Assembly: GCF_035084215.1 (NCBI RefSeq)
Contig: NC_090328.1
Span: 127,472,001-127,536,000 of the forward strand
Reading direction: 5' to 3'
DNA length: 64,000 nt
From: Heptranchias perlo
Taxonomy: Eukaryota
This document shows, one piece after another, positions 1 to 12,654 of the stretch (positions are counted from its first letter, which is position 1; every line of letters begins with the position of its first letter). The position numbers and the translations under genes are program-made. Under the pieces are notes generated by a model, which did no database searches, was not told the DNA's origin, and saw only the letters and a list, made by a program, of their open reading frames with translations.

Positions 1-372
1 TTATGAAGGGGTTCGATAGGGTAGACGTAGAGAGATTTTTCCACTTGTGGGAGAGTCCAAAATTAGAAGCCAAAAATATAAGATAGTCACTAATAAATCC
101 AATAAGGAATTCAGGAGAAACTTCTTTACTCAGGGTGGTTAGAATGTGGAACTCGCTACCACATGGAGTGGTTGAGGCGAATAGTATAAATACATTTAAG
201 TGGAAGCTAGATAAGTACATGAGGGAGAAACGAATAGAAGGATAGGTTGATAGGGTAAGATGAAGTAAGGTAGGAGGAGGCTAAGGTGGAGGATAAATAC
301 CGGCATAGGCCTGTTGGACCGAATGGCCTGTTTGTGTGTTATAAAATTCTATGTAATTCAGTGTAATTACAA
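1..372 (+). mobile_element. 3' end of CR1-type LINE
   Basis: RT C-terminal remnant (RNFFTQ/VVRMWNSLP-like), 'ggaccgaatggcct' 3'UTR motif and short tandem tail ttctatgtaattc. Confidence 0.8.
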
Positions 373-524
373 CTGGCCAACTCTAATATGAACACTGCAT
401 TATTTTACATTAATGTGCAATAGACTGCATCTCAACATACACTGAGCATATCTAGACTACAAATGCTTCGAAAAGAAAATGATTGGGTAATTACCCTATA
501 TAAAAAGCTTGATTTGATACTCAC

Positions 525-792
525 TGGATTCACTATGAACAGGTTGTCCTGCAATTCTCTGCGACAGATATTGATTTTCTTGGAACGTACATTTTTTCGC
601 CAGACTGCAAAGGCCTTCCATTTACGAAAAAGTGAAAACACTGGAATCCGAATAAGTTTCTTGTGATACAAATATTCTTGTTCCCAGCGGTCCAGTTCTA
701 TGAAATCAATTTCTTCACTTCTCATGTGCAGAACTCCATGCTGGCTGATAGTATAATAGTCATTCGTGTTGATATCCTCATAGGCAACAACA
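525..792 (-). CDS. DNAH6: Dynein axonemal heavy chain 6, coding exon 4
   Basis: VVAYEDINTNDYYTISQ...DRWEQEYLYH...IPVFSLFRKWKAFAVWRKNVRSKK...NLFIVNP matches the DNAH6 N-terminal region as I recall it. Acceptor tttag (AG at 794-793), donor gtgagt (524-519), phase compatible with the upstream exon. Confidence 0.93.
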
Positions 793-1501
793 CTAAAAAA
801 TATACACATTGGGTTCAGCATGATACTAGCAATTGATTCTTTGGTTGACATTTCAGATCTCCCCAATTATTATGATTTACATTGATCATTTACATTGAAA
901 GAAAAATCACGAATGCTGGAGTCCTTAATTAAAAATCTGCAAGTGTACAGCAGCTCCACTGGCATTGAAGAAGGATGGGCTAAATTTTCAGATGGAACCA
1001 TTCACCAGAACTCCAAAGCATTAATCCATGCTTCACTTTCAGATGCTAATCAACCTGCTGTGCACCTACAGTATTTTCAGTTTTTAATATCTTTTTTTTT
1101 TACATTCCTTTCACAACTATTCCCTTGTTTTTACATATTATTTTATATTTCCTGATTTTTCAGGTGTCATTCTGACTGAACCCACTTCTTAAGCCTCTGA
1201 CAATACTGCTATACAACTGGTTCTCAGAAGATATATGAAAAAGTCCATAAGAGATTCTCTTTTCAATATTCCAGGCTTCCAATGGAAAGCACTTCAGCTA
1301 TCCTGTCAGGAAAGTTAGGTGTATTGAAAGTCTTAGTTCTCCCTTCTTCAAGCTCCTTTCACCATTCAACAGTACTGAGACTCAATTAGAATAAGTTAAT
1401 AAACATTATGAAATTCAGCCAGCCAATCATTAGTGAAATAGTGATTTACTAAAGCTGTTTTCTTTCCAATACAGATATTTATGACACTGTTGTAAAACCT
1501 A

Positions 1502-2030
1502 GGGGGAGAAATTCAACTTACAGCCGCCCGTTTTGTCCCCGTAAAACGGGCGTTAGGCTTCCGAATTTTGCATCATGATCTGTCACGCCCAATATGGACC
1601 AGAAGTGCGTTGGATGCCGTATTGACTCGGGCGACATCTGAAACAGGCATTAGGCTCCTTAAATATGCAAACAGGATCCTACGTCAATTGCAGGACCCCA
1701 AATGCAAAATTCAGGTATAAATGGGCAGAGGTTGCGCGAAACATGCTCTGCCTAGTTGTATCAGGTCTTGAGTGGCCTAACCAGCAGTCTTTAAAGGGAC
1801 CATTGGCGGCTGCTCAAAAAGAGGCCAAGGAATTTTCAGTTTTTATTTTTGTGGGCCTAGGATGATCAAGTGTGCACCGCCTGAGCCTGCAAAAAATTTC
1901 CAGTCTGCTGCCCTGGGATCACCTCTACCGCCTCCAGATTCACCATGCCAGCCAGCTCTATGTGATAGCTGGCCAATTTTCATCCCATCCCAACCAGCGA
2001 TCTGCGGTGGGGCACCCAATCCAGAAGTGG
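1502..2030. mobile_element. Harbinger-like non-autonomous DNA transposon end fragment
   Basis: Begins GGGGGAGAAATTC (Harbinger-style TIR), CpG-rich subterminal with hairpin cgcccgtttt...aaaacgggcg. Confidence 0.5.
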
Positions 2031-2049
2031 GACATAGGGGGCTAAAAGC

Positions 2050-3180
2050 ACAACTACCAGTGGTGGGGTGAAGGGAGGGGGCATGCTCACGAGGCCAGGG
2101 TCAGAGGAACGGAGGCTTTGCTGGGGGTGAGTTGTATGGAGATATGGAGGGATGACAATGCCATAGAGGGAATTAAAGACAAGGACAAGAATTTTAAATC
2201 TGAAGAATTAGGAGACTGTGAACCAATGTAGGTGAGCAAGGATGGGGGGAGGGGGTGGTGGTGTTGTGCAAGCAGGGCTTGCTGCAGGATAGGGCATGAA
2301 CAGAAGATTCTGGGCCAGCTAGAGTTTATGGGGGTGGAGAGCAAGAAACCGGCATGGAGAGCATTGGAATGATCAAGTCTGGACATTACGAAGGAATAGA
2401 GGAGGGATTCAACAGTGGATGGCTGAGGTAGGGGCAGAGGCAGGCGATATTATGGAGTTAGAAGTAGGCGGACCTTGTGATGAAAAGTATATGGAGGCGG
2501 AAGCTCAGCTTGGAGTTGAATAGGATGCCAAGGTTGCAAACAGTCTGGTTCAGTCTGAGACAGTAGCCAGAGAAGGTAATATATTCAGTGGCAAAGGAGC
2601 AGATTTTTTGACGGCGGTGAAGATGATGGTTTTAGTCTTCCAATGTTTAGCTGAAGAAAGTTAAAACTCATCCAAAACTGGATAATAGGTAAGCAGTCTG
2701 ATACCATAAAGGCAGTGGAGGGGTCGAAAGAAGTGGTGGAGAGGTAGAGCTGGATGTCATTGGCGTACATCTGGAAGATGACCCCATCCCTGTGGACGAT
2801 GGATCCTTGGGGACTCTAGAGGTGGGAAAAAAAAAAACTGTTGCTAGGTGGACACTTGCTTCAGTTGGATAGGTAAGAATGGAACCAAGCAAGGATAATC
2901 CTATAAGGACAGTGTGGTCAACCATGTTGAAGGCTGCAGAGATGTTGAGAAGCACAACGAAGGATAATGCACAATCATCATAGCCACAAATAACATAATT
3001 TGTGATTTTGGTTAGGGCTGTTGGAGGGATTCAAATAGGGAGCTGCAGGAGAACTAGGCATGAAGTTTGGAGGCAACAATACATTCAAGGACCTTGGCGA
3101 GGAAGGAAGATGGAGCAGTAGTTATCGGGGAAAGAAGGGTCGAAGGTGAGGTTTTTGAGAAGAAAGATCAGATAATGGGA
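2050..3180 (-). mobile_element. Degraded L2-clade LINE (RT region)
   Basis: YA(N)DIQLYLST and LL.ISAAF..VDH motifs, SRLDHSNALHAG tail region; frameshifted. Confidence 0.8.
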
Positions 3181-3769
3181 AAAAAAATAATGTTCCTCTT
3201 TGCTAAAATCAAGTGTTCAAATTCATGTCTACAAATTAAAGGGTTACCTATAACATTCAATGGATTAACTTGGAAACTTTGAAATCTACAGTATTATGGG
3301 TTTCATGCAAATCAGACATTGGAGCTTGCAGGACTAACTACATAAAGCACACTAACTGATATTTTGTGACACAAAACTAGAACATTTGTTTATTGTAAGC
3401 TCACTAGTTGAACTTTCATTCATATTTACTATATTACTAGCAGATTTTCCACAGCGTTGTTCACTGTGAGTTACAGGACACGCTTTTCTGTAACAATGGG
3501 GATGTTATGCCATCTAATGCACAATGTATTATCAGGGCCACTGGGATGTCTCGAGACCAAAGAGACTGAAATGTGTATGGACGTCTGCTGGCCTGGAGGA
3601 GGTGCCGGATCCCCTCACCCCACCCCCAGAAAGGGAACAAGGCTACCTTTAGCAGCCTCCTGTCGATAGTCCTTCTACCAAGTAACAGCACCGAAAAGAG
3701 ATTAACTGGTCATTCATCACATTACACTTTGTGGGACCTTAAGTGCATAAAATGGGTGCCTCCGGCTTA

Positions 3770-3925
3770 ATGTTGTATCCAAAGGACGGCACCTCAACAA
3801 TACAGCACTCATATTTGCATTGATGCATCAGCCTAGATTCATGTGCTCACATCTTGATCCAGGGGCTTCAACTCACAACCTTCTGACTCAAGAGATGAGA
3901 ATGCCATCAAGTGAACTAGATACTG
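3770..3925 (-). mobile_element. tRNA-derived SINE head fragment (DeuSINE/SacSINE-like)
   Basis: Reverse strand reads 'gagtcagaaggttgtgagttgaagcccc...gagcacatgaatctaggctga', a B-box-like head. Confidence 0.55.
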
Positions 3926-4072
3926 GCCAAAGGGATTGTTAAAATGTATCACTCAATTGGAAAGATCATGTGATCATATTTCACCAACTTTTTTGTATAG
4001 TTACAGGAATATATAGATAGATTTAGTTACTGCAAATACAAAACCAACAATTTTAAAAATTAAAGACTGTAC

Positions 4073-4332
4073 CTCAAATTATAAAAATCATATTTAATTG
4101 AATATTTGGGAGCACTATAGTTCATGTATAAAAATCCCAGATGTTTATTCTTCCGAATTATTGAAACAATTTTTAAAGGATCTTGTATGTTTTCCTGGAT
4201 GACATCATCTGCTGAACTATATGCCAGTTCTGGAGGTAAAAGCACTCTCATGCATGAACTTGTCCTACACAAAGCAGTACTGGGTTGTTTCAGTGGTGGT
4301 GGAGATGGAATTGTACATGTATCCAGTTCAAT
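4073..4332 (-). CDS. DNAH6: DNAH6 coding exon 3
   Basis: IELDTCTIPSPPPLK...DDVIQENIQDPLKIVSIIRKNKHLGFLYM...YDFYNL. Acceptor AG 4334-4333, donor GT 4072-4071, 260 nt (phase 0 to 2). Confidence 0.9.
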
Positions 4333-5965
4333 CTGTGTAATATAAATAATATGTTTAAAATAAAAATAGTTCCATACAATAGCATACTGAATATAAAGGC
4401 ATAAGTCTCATTTTGTCTATCTTTAGGTCATCCTCTAAAGTTATATTTTTGACAAAGGAGCAAATTGCTCCTAACTTAGAAATTCTATTTAAGTTTTACA
4501 CTGAAGCTGCAATCAATAAAGCAAATCAAATATTTGGATACATCCTGAGGGCAACTCACTACAAGTTGAAATAAGCTATTCTAGTACAGATCACTGACGA
4601 GGTCACATTATATGCAGTTCTGGGTACCTCACCTTGACACTGATTCATTGGAGAGGGTTCAAAGGATAGCAACAAGGCCAACCTCTGGTGCTTAGGACTG
4701 AACGTTATCAGGACATCTTGCTTTCATTGCAGGAAAGATGGGGGAGGGGGAAACATGATCAAGGTCTTTAAATGTTGAGAAACACAGAGGATGTAGATGT
4801 AAACAGGCTATTTATGTGCCTTATCAGCATTGACCACTTCCCAAAATCAAAAATAAAATGATGGGGGTGGGAGAGGAAGGATGAATATACCGATTCTGGA
4901 TGAATGTCTTTGCAGCTCAGAACATTCCTTAGGGTCCACTAAAGTTCACAATAGGATAAATTATACTTAGTTTATGGAAGGAGTAGGCTCCACAGGCCAA
5001 ATGAATTTTCTCATTCCATAGGTTCTGAAGTTGCTAGTTATTTTTATTTTCTTCTTCAAAGAAACTTCCTGTCAGTTGCTTTTGTCTTTATTTTGAGTCA
5101 CATTTCCATTTTACAGACTGCACTATTTGCCAGAGATTTATATGCCCATAATATTTATACCTAGAAATTTCTGTCTGTTCTCTGCTAGAACTCCCAGTCC
5201 CCTTTCTTTTTACAGTACTTTTTGCTTGTTCCATGCTCCAGTGCTAAAACGCTAACTAATAATGCAAAACGATGATACTCTGAAGTGATTTTGTTCAAAG
5301 TACTGACGAGTTACATTTGCTCCCTAAATAGCTTCTTTGTCATATATATCTCCAAAACACACATTCACAATACTGAATTATATAATGAATATATTATTTT
5401 AAATAAAGGTTCACATTATCCTTTTAACATCCAAATGAATATCAAGTCTATTACCTTCATCATTCAGGGATTTGTTTCTCAGATATCCAGAAGAAAATAA
5501 ATCATTGATAAAAGTAGGGAATAAGAAAGTTCAACAATTTGCTTCTGAAGGCCCAATCATTATATATTGAAAAACAATTATTTTGCTATAATCAACCATA
5601 AGCTACTATTGAAAAAGATTAAATTATATATATTTTTTTTTTACAGAGCAGTGCAATGGCACTGAACCATGAAATAAGGACAAACATAGGTTAAATTCCT
5701 AGTCTGTCCAGTTCCCAAGAAGTTCTAATTGGTGGCTTCACTGTTTTCCCAAAAGAGTAACGAAAAGTTGGAGGGGAGAGTAATGCATGTGTGGTCCTCA
5801 GCATCTCTTGGCAGATCATGTAGGTGCATTACAGCAATATAAAAGCAGGACAACTGCCTAATCTCCTGACAGCAGAGATGTTGAGGACAGGTACACCAAA
5901 AGTAGGCTAACTTACAAGAAAAAAAACAGAATAAAAAGTACAGATTTTTACAACTTTGCTCAAAC

Positions 5966-6154
5966 CTGTTTCTTTGTTAAGTCAATTGGGAGTTCTGGTA
6001 GCCGTTGGAAAGGTGCGGTTAAGTCTATTGAACCGGGTCGTACGCTCTTTTTTGGTACACTGGGTGGAAGCCATCCTGCAGATAGCAATTGCTCTCTATT
6101 CTTTTCGTAGATGTACTCTGGCTGTTTGTGATCTTGGTACATCTTCAGTATAGG
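5966..6154 (-). CDS. DNAH6: DNAH6 coding exon 2
   Basis: PILKMYQDHKQPEYIYEKNREQLLSAG matches the DNAH6 PVLKVYQDHKQPEY motif. 189 nt, ctgcag acceptor, CAG|gtttga donor. Confidence 0.9.
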
Positions 6155-6327
6155 CTGCAGATACACAATAGTGGCATTTAGAGAATTTTCTCTAATATAA
6201 TAAGAAATGCACTAACACAGAATTAATATGGAAGCAGCTACAGTACATTAATAAGTAGATTGTATGGAATCTTATTGATGTGTAAACCATAAAAGTATAA
6301 TACTCCGAATAGTTTAGAATTACCTTT

Positions 6328-6710
6328 AAAGAATTTGCATTTATATAGCAACTTTCACGATCTCAGGACATGCCAAAGCATTTCACAGCTAATGAGTCAC
6401 TTTTGTTTTGTAGGCAAACAGAGCAGACAATTTCTACATAGCTGGGTCCCACATATCGCAGTGAGATAATTAACCAGTTATTCTGTTTTTGGAGGTGTTG
6501 ACTGAGGGATAAATGTTGGTTAAGACCGGGAGAACGCATCTGCTCTTCTACAAATAGTGCCGTGGGATTTTTTAATGTCAATCTGTATAGGCAGATGAGG
6601 CCTCCGTTTGGCGACTCATCCGAAAGATAGTATTTCAAAAACTGAAGCACTACCTCAGTACCACAATGAAGTGTCACCCTAGATTATGCGCTCAAGTCCC
6701 AGAAGTGGGG
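6328..6710 (-). mobile_element. DeuSINE (SacSINE1/AmnSINE1-like)
   Basis: L2-derived tail 'ttgcatttatatagc...tttcacagc' plus Deu-domain-like core 'aaatagtgccgtgggat...catccgaaaga'. Confidence 0.65.
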
Positions 6711-8651
6711 ACCTAATGCAAAGTTCTGTACTATTGTTCAGATATGTACTGTTGCAAGTAATTAATTAAAAACAAATGTAAACTAAATTAAAATATATCA
6801 AATACTTTCTGTTAATCTCTTACCAGAACACTTGGCATTACCAAATTGTAGTTTAGGTGTATAATATTTATGTAATACCGTATACATTTAACTCTCAATT
6901 CATTAGCATCTTTACTATCCATTTTCACTTACTTCATTCTGCCACGTCTGGCACATAATAGTAAAAACTAAATTTTCTTAGGAAAAATTAATCTTTATAT
7001 ATGTACATACACTTATACCTCTCAAGACTGCAATTGTTCAAGGAGTGAAATTTAAATTCAAACAGCGAGGTAGATTGCAAATTTAATTAAGCAATTTAAA
7101 AAGCCAATAGAATACATAGCCAAAACAAGTCTATGCTGAGACTTAATAATGAACTGATCAGACCTCACGGAATATCTTCAGTAATTCTGATTGTGAAGAA
7201 GATCCCAAAAGGTATGAGCTATAAAAAAGGATTAAAGAAGCTAAAGCTCTGTAGCCTAGAGAAAAAAGGTTATCTCCTTGAGATATAGAAATCCCATTTG
7301 GCAAAGCCCGTAAATAAATGTTTAATGCGCTCATACTAAATTCCCGTGGCACTATTTTTACGTGGGTATTAACTTATTTATTTTACCTCTGTAAAAATAG
7401 CACACACAGGAATGTACTACAAGTGCATTAAACATTCGCACATTAACTTTGCAAATTGGACTGTCTACCCTATGGAGCATTAATTGGCAGAGATAAGATC
7501 AACCCAGAAAATGACTTTAAAATCAGACAAATAAAACAAGGAATCATAAGTTTAAATTAGTAAAAAGCAAATTTAACACATCTTAGAAAAAATATCTTCA
7601 CTCAAAAGGTGATCAATATTTGAAATGATATACCAAATAAGATAGTGGAATCAAAGACAGTAGGGGAGTTCAAGATGTAGTTGTTTGATAGGCTGAATGA
7701 GTTGAAATATTAGAGGGATGAGCTTGACAACCCAGATGGCCTGAAAAAAAGTTATATCTTTTTATAATGTTCTTATATAGAGCAGTGTTTACTTTTAAAA
7801 GCAAGAAACATCAAAATTAGTCATATTTTTATAACAAAATAAGTCACTCACTCCAAATGAGTGAGGCTTAATAGGCCTGAGTATTACAAGAGCTAGTATT
7901 TCAAAAACATCCAATTCAACTTCTGCTTTGTAACTCACTGCTAGCCATCTATGGTCTTACACACAATCATTGTGTTGTAGTTTTCAATTTTTACTGAGCT
8001 GGATTCGACATTACATGTTAATATTTCATTAATATTACTTGTATTAGTTTAGTAACTACCTTTCCTTTTCTTTCATTTAAGGGCCAATTTTACTAAGGAA
8101 CACTACCAGCAAGGAGCATCTTCTGTCAGCCACAAGAATCCAGAAGTCGCAGACATGCTGAATGCCTATGATTTCTTGATATGTGCAGCTGGCAGATAAG
8201 TCTCCCTGCCGGTAAATAAGTAATTTAGTGTCCATTGATGAGCAACACACAATTCATATAATTACATATAATCCTGATTTAAGCAAATTTCTGAAAACGT
8301 CCTAATACATGCACGTTGCAGTACTGTCTCCCCTATGTGCCATCAATGAGGTAGCTGTCCAATTGTAAATCACAAGTCAGTTACAATCATTGTACCAGAT
8401 CCTAGATGGCCAGATCACATTCTATTTATAACACTTATAGCAGATTAGAAACTATTTACATGAATTTTAATGAATAATTTTTAACGTTATTTTGCTCAAG
8501 AAAACCAGATGATTTGTGATGTCAATTTCTCATTTTAATGTGCATCAGTGATGTTACTCCGCAGGAATGACTTTTTTATAAATAAAAGATAGCTAGACAG
8601 AGTTCCCTTCGGCCTTAACACATTAATGATATATAATGCATTAGCACTTAC

Positions 8652-8894
8652 CAATGGTTGCAGTTTGAGGGGCTCTTCTCTTGCTAGTCTTTTTTGCCGT
8701 GCCTTTGTGTTTCGGGTAAACTTCAAAGCAAGAGGATTTGGAGTTGCCTGTTTTGGTGCTGTGGAGATTAGTCTAGCTTGCAGCTGCGAAGGATCAATAT
8801 CTGTATTTGGAGCGGTAAGGCTCTCCCCAAATTTCCTTTTTTTCCTTTTTGTATGTTGTGACAAACATGCTGATGTATCAGGGGGCTGCAACAT
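8652..8894 (-). CDS. DNAH6: DNAH6 first coding exon (ATG at 8894; exon begins 8900)
   Basis: MLQPPD...KFTRNTKARQKRLAREEPLKLQPL resembles human FRHITKAQEKTRKRQQPIKLEPL. Donor TTG|gtaagt, acceptor tttttgcag at 8902-8901. Confidence 0.8.
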
Positions 8895-9944
8895 TTTGCA
8901 CTGCAAAAATAAATTTTAAAACATTGTAAAATAAAGCCAACTGCACGCAATATCACAAAATTAAAAGGTTGTATGCTTTCTTTTCTTTTTTTAATGAAAA
9001 TGTCTTCATGAGGGAAATGTTTTAAATATATAATTATTTTGTTTTACACTCAGTACAATTAGGGGTTTGATTTTCTCATGCAGCTGGTCCCGCCTCCTTC
9101 TAAGCAGAAATGGAGTAGTGAAAAGCAATAAAAAGCCTATTGGTTTTGTCATAGCTTCACATTGCATGGAAATTGAAACCACACTGCAAGTGGGCTGAAA
9201 CATCCAAGTACAGTCTGCTCAACCTTATGCTCATTCAAATTGATGGCACGAGCTTACAAGCGGGGGCACGTCTCTACCTATAAACAACAAGCAAAACTGA
9301 AGTAGTTACAACAACCTATTCAACACTTTAATGAAATTATCACCTTGTAATAACTCCCAATTTATTTTTTATGATACACACTGTAAAGTTCAAGCAGGTA
9401 TTTTATTTTTTATTCTGGTTTGATTTTGTCCAGCTGCAGCAAGACATTATTGGCTAAGACACTATACGTAAAATCAATGAGTGATGAAGGACACATTTTG
9501 GCTGAAAATTGTGAAATAATCTTTGCAAGTTTATGAATTATCATTTTCCATGAAATGCCAAAGAGTGCGGTGTACACTAGCTAAATTCCCACGATGTTTC
9601 TCACGGATTTGGAGCTCTGCAGCAGGGTTTGTGATGTTTAGCTGCTAAGGTGAAGCTGTGCTCATCCCACTAAAGCCACCATTATTCAAGTAGTCCATGT
9701 GGGATGTGGTCCAAATAGGAATAGCTGGGAGAAAACTTAGAGACTAATTGCAGTTGCTGAGGGAAGTTTCCGTAGATTGGTAAATGTTTGTAAATCTCCA
9801 GCTTCCCCCTTAGGGTGAGGGTGGGTTACCAGTATCAGAAGAAACCATCAGGAAATGACTGGTTCAAGTGTCAGTAAGAAAGCCAATCAAGTACAAAAAA
9901 GGAGATTCAGGATAAATCTTGAGGATGGATAATAAATTGGATGG

Positions 9945-11105
9945 TGTAGAAGACCATGGGTTCTTGATAGAAGAGTCATGTCGGGATGGGGAGGACGTAC
10001 CAAAAGGGGTGCCCAAGGGATCACTTTTGGGACCACAATTGTTTCCAATTAACATCAATAACTTGGGAGGCAATTTTAACCGATTCCTCCTGGAGGAAAA
10101 CTGACTGGATTGATTGAAATAAATGGAAAGTAAAATTGGGTGGGGTATAAAACAGGCAGCCAACCCATTTCGGTCAGTTTCTCGCCAGGTGGGCTAGGTT
10201 AAAATTACCCCTATAGATTCAAAAACTCAATGCAAATTGGTCAATTTTTCATTGAGTGTTACAAACTAGGAGAGGCAGGCAGTGGATTTGGAAGAGTCTG
10301 CTCAGAAATCACAAAATGAGTTGGACAAAATTGTAAATGGGAAGAACAATGACAAATGAAATTTAATGTGGAAAAATGTAAAGTACTGCACGTAGAAAGG
10401 AAAAACAGGCAGCACGTGTACGTCATGAATGGTGTTAAACTAGCTTAATGAAGTTGAAAGCAACCTAGGAATCATAGTAGACGAGTTACTCAACCTGTCC
10501 AACCACTGCAGAGCAACAATCAATAAAGCAAATAGAATGCTAAACTATATAGCCAAAATAACAGAATACAAGTCAAGGGAAGTCATGATTAAAACATGTA
10601 GTGCTCTAGGCAGACTGCCTTAAGTACTGTGTCTATTCCTGGTCACTGAGGCACAAGGAAGACATTCAAGTGCTGGAGGCAATACAGAGAAGAGCCACAA
10701 GGTTGATCCCCAGTGTCAGAGGTCGGAGTTATGATGAAAAACTGGAGAAACTTGGGCTTTTCAGTTTTGAAAGGAGACATTTGAGAAATGATCTTATAGA
10801 GATACATAAAAGTTAACAGTATGGAAATCTGGAAAATTACTGTAAACTGAATTACAAGAGTAGGATATGCAAGCACAAATTAGTAAATGGCAAATTTAGA
10901 GCCGATAGCAAAATGTTCTTTTTCACACAAAGAATGATCAGTACATGGATTGGATTCTGGATGGAGTAGTGGAGGCACATAACCTAGAATAATTTCAGAA
11001 ATAACTAGATGCTGCAATGGGAGACGTTGGGGTCTTTCGGGATGGATAAACTAAAACAGATGAATTGGCCTTCCTCATCCATAACTATTTTGTGATCTTG
11101 TGAAA
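9945..11105 (+). mobile_element. Degraded CR1 LINE 3' part
   Basis: GVPKGSLLGPQLF, FNVEKCKVLH remnants, ttgtgatc tail. Confidence 0.75.
10067..10211. mobile_element. Harbinger-type MITE inserted in CR1
   Basis: Inverted ends gaggcaattttaacc / ggttaaaattacccc interrupt the CR1 RT. Confidence 0.65.
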
Positions 11106-11924
11106 TCTGACACATTCTTCGCATTTGTGACAAACTTCAACTCTCTGCTGAGGAAGAAAATACATTTTCTCAAACAATTTTTTTTTGAATTCTAAAAAAA
11201 AGAAAACACTTGTGGTCAGATTATCCATCTACCTCTCATTTTTTGTCTGTGTTTCTCTATCTCAGATAGATTCTCATTTGAAGTAAAAATTAAATGTGAA
11301 ACTTTACTGAATAAAACCATTAAAAATGAATTTTCCAGACGGTTTTCAAATCATTTCGAAAAACATAAGAGCTGAGAAATAGGGCTCGATTTTCGGACGT
11401 CTGAGCAGATGCGTTCGTGGCCGGGGGGGGGGGTTCCGAAAATTGGGGATTCCCGGGGTGGGTCCGGAGCCCGGCTCCAACCGCCCACTTCCGGGTTCCC
11501 CAGTGACACGCTCAGATGCGCGTGCAGCCCCCGCATGTGGGACTCCCACCAGCAATTAAAGTCGGCGGGATCCCACTTAAAGCAATTATTTTGATACTTC
11601 AGGTCGTTTGCAGACCTGATTTGTAGGATATTTTAGGAGGTGGGATTTTCATCTAAACTCAGCGTGTTTCCCATACTGGGGGAAAACACTCCCAGCTGAA
11701 GTGGACATGTTGCAGCCACCAGCCTGTGTGAGCTGCAAAGGTCCATTTGACAGGTGGGGAGGGGAGACCCTCACTCATTGCAGGAGCCACCCTGTCACTT
11801 TGAACAAAGTTTGGCCTGCACCACCCTCCTCCTAACACTAAAATTCACAAACTTGCAACCTCAACCCCGTTGTGCAGACACATTTACCTAACCTTGCGGA
11901 CCCCCTCAAACACACATCTTCCGG

Positions 11925-12360
11925 ATGGGGGCTGCCGTAGCTGCAGTCATGACCTCCTCGGAGGACGAACAGCATCACCAGCCTCGCCGTCCACCTCTGA
12001 CACGTGGAGCTCCACAACACAGTGCTGTGACACATCCACCTGTACAGCAGGAGGGAGGGCAACTGCAGAGAGAAGCATCGCAGAAGGCATTACCCTCGCC
12101 ACAGGGTCTACAGACCGAGGCTCAGCTTCCTGGGCCTCTCGGAGCAGCAGTGCACACGGAGGCTCAGAGTCACTCAACATATAGTCATGGACATCTGCAG
12201 CCTCCTTCATGCCAAGCTGCTCCCAGCTGGCCCGAGCACCATCTTCTTACCTGTCGCTGTCAAAGTCACCACTGCCCTCAACAACTTCTCCTCCGCATCC
12301 TTCGAGTGTGCCACCGGGAACATCGCCGGCATCTCTCAGTCGTCTGCACAAAAGAGCCAT
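11925..12360 (+). pseudogene. Truncated, frameshifted Harbinger transposase (N-terminus only, DDE core deleted)
   Basis: MTSSEDEQHHQPRRPP and LLPAGPSTIFLPVAVKVTTALN align to the inner transposase, then the sequence jumps to the 3'UTR homolog. Confidence 0.85.
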
Positions 12361-12654
12361 GCAAATACACCTACACCCATTCTGCAGTGACACAATGGGC
12401 TCGAATTTAGCAGGCCTGCGGGTTCCCAGCGGGTGGTCCTCCGGGAGCGTGGAAAACGCGGACGGCTAATCATGTGCGTCCCCCACGCGATCGCGGGATA
12501 ATTGGACCCATTAAGCCCAGCTTCCGGGTTCTGCGCTCCCCAGCTGCGTGCCGGCCGGCTGCGCATGCGCAGTACCGTCGACGCGATGTAGGAGCTCCAG
12601 TTAAAGGGGCAGTCTCCCAAAGCCCCTCCTGCTACAAGCAAGCGGTTTGAGACG

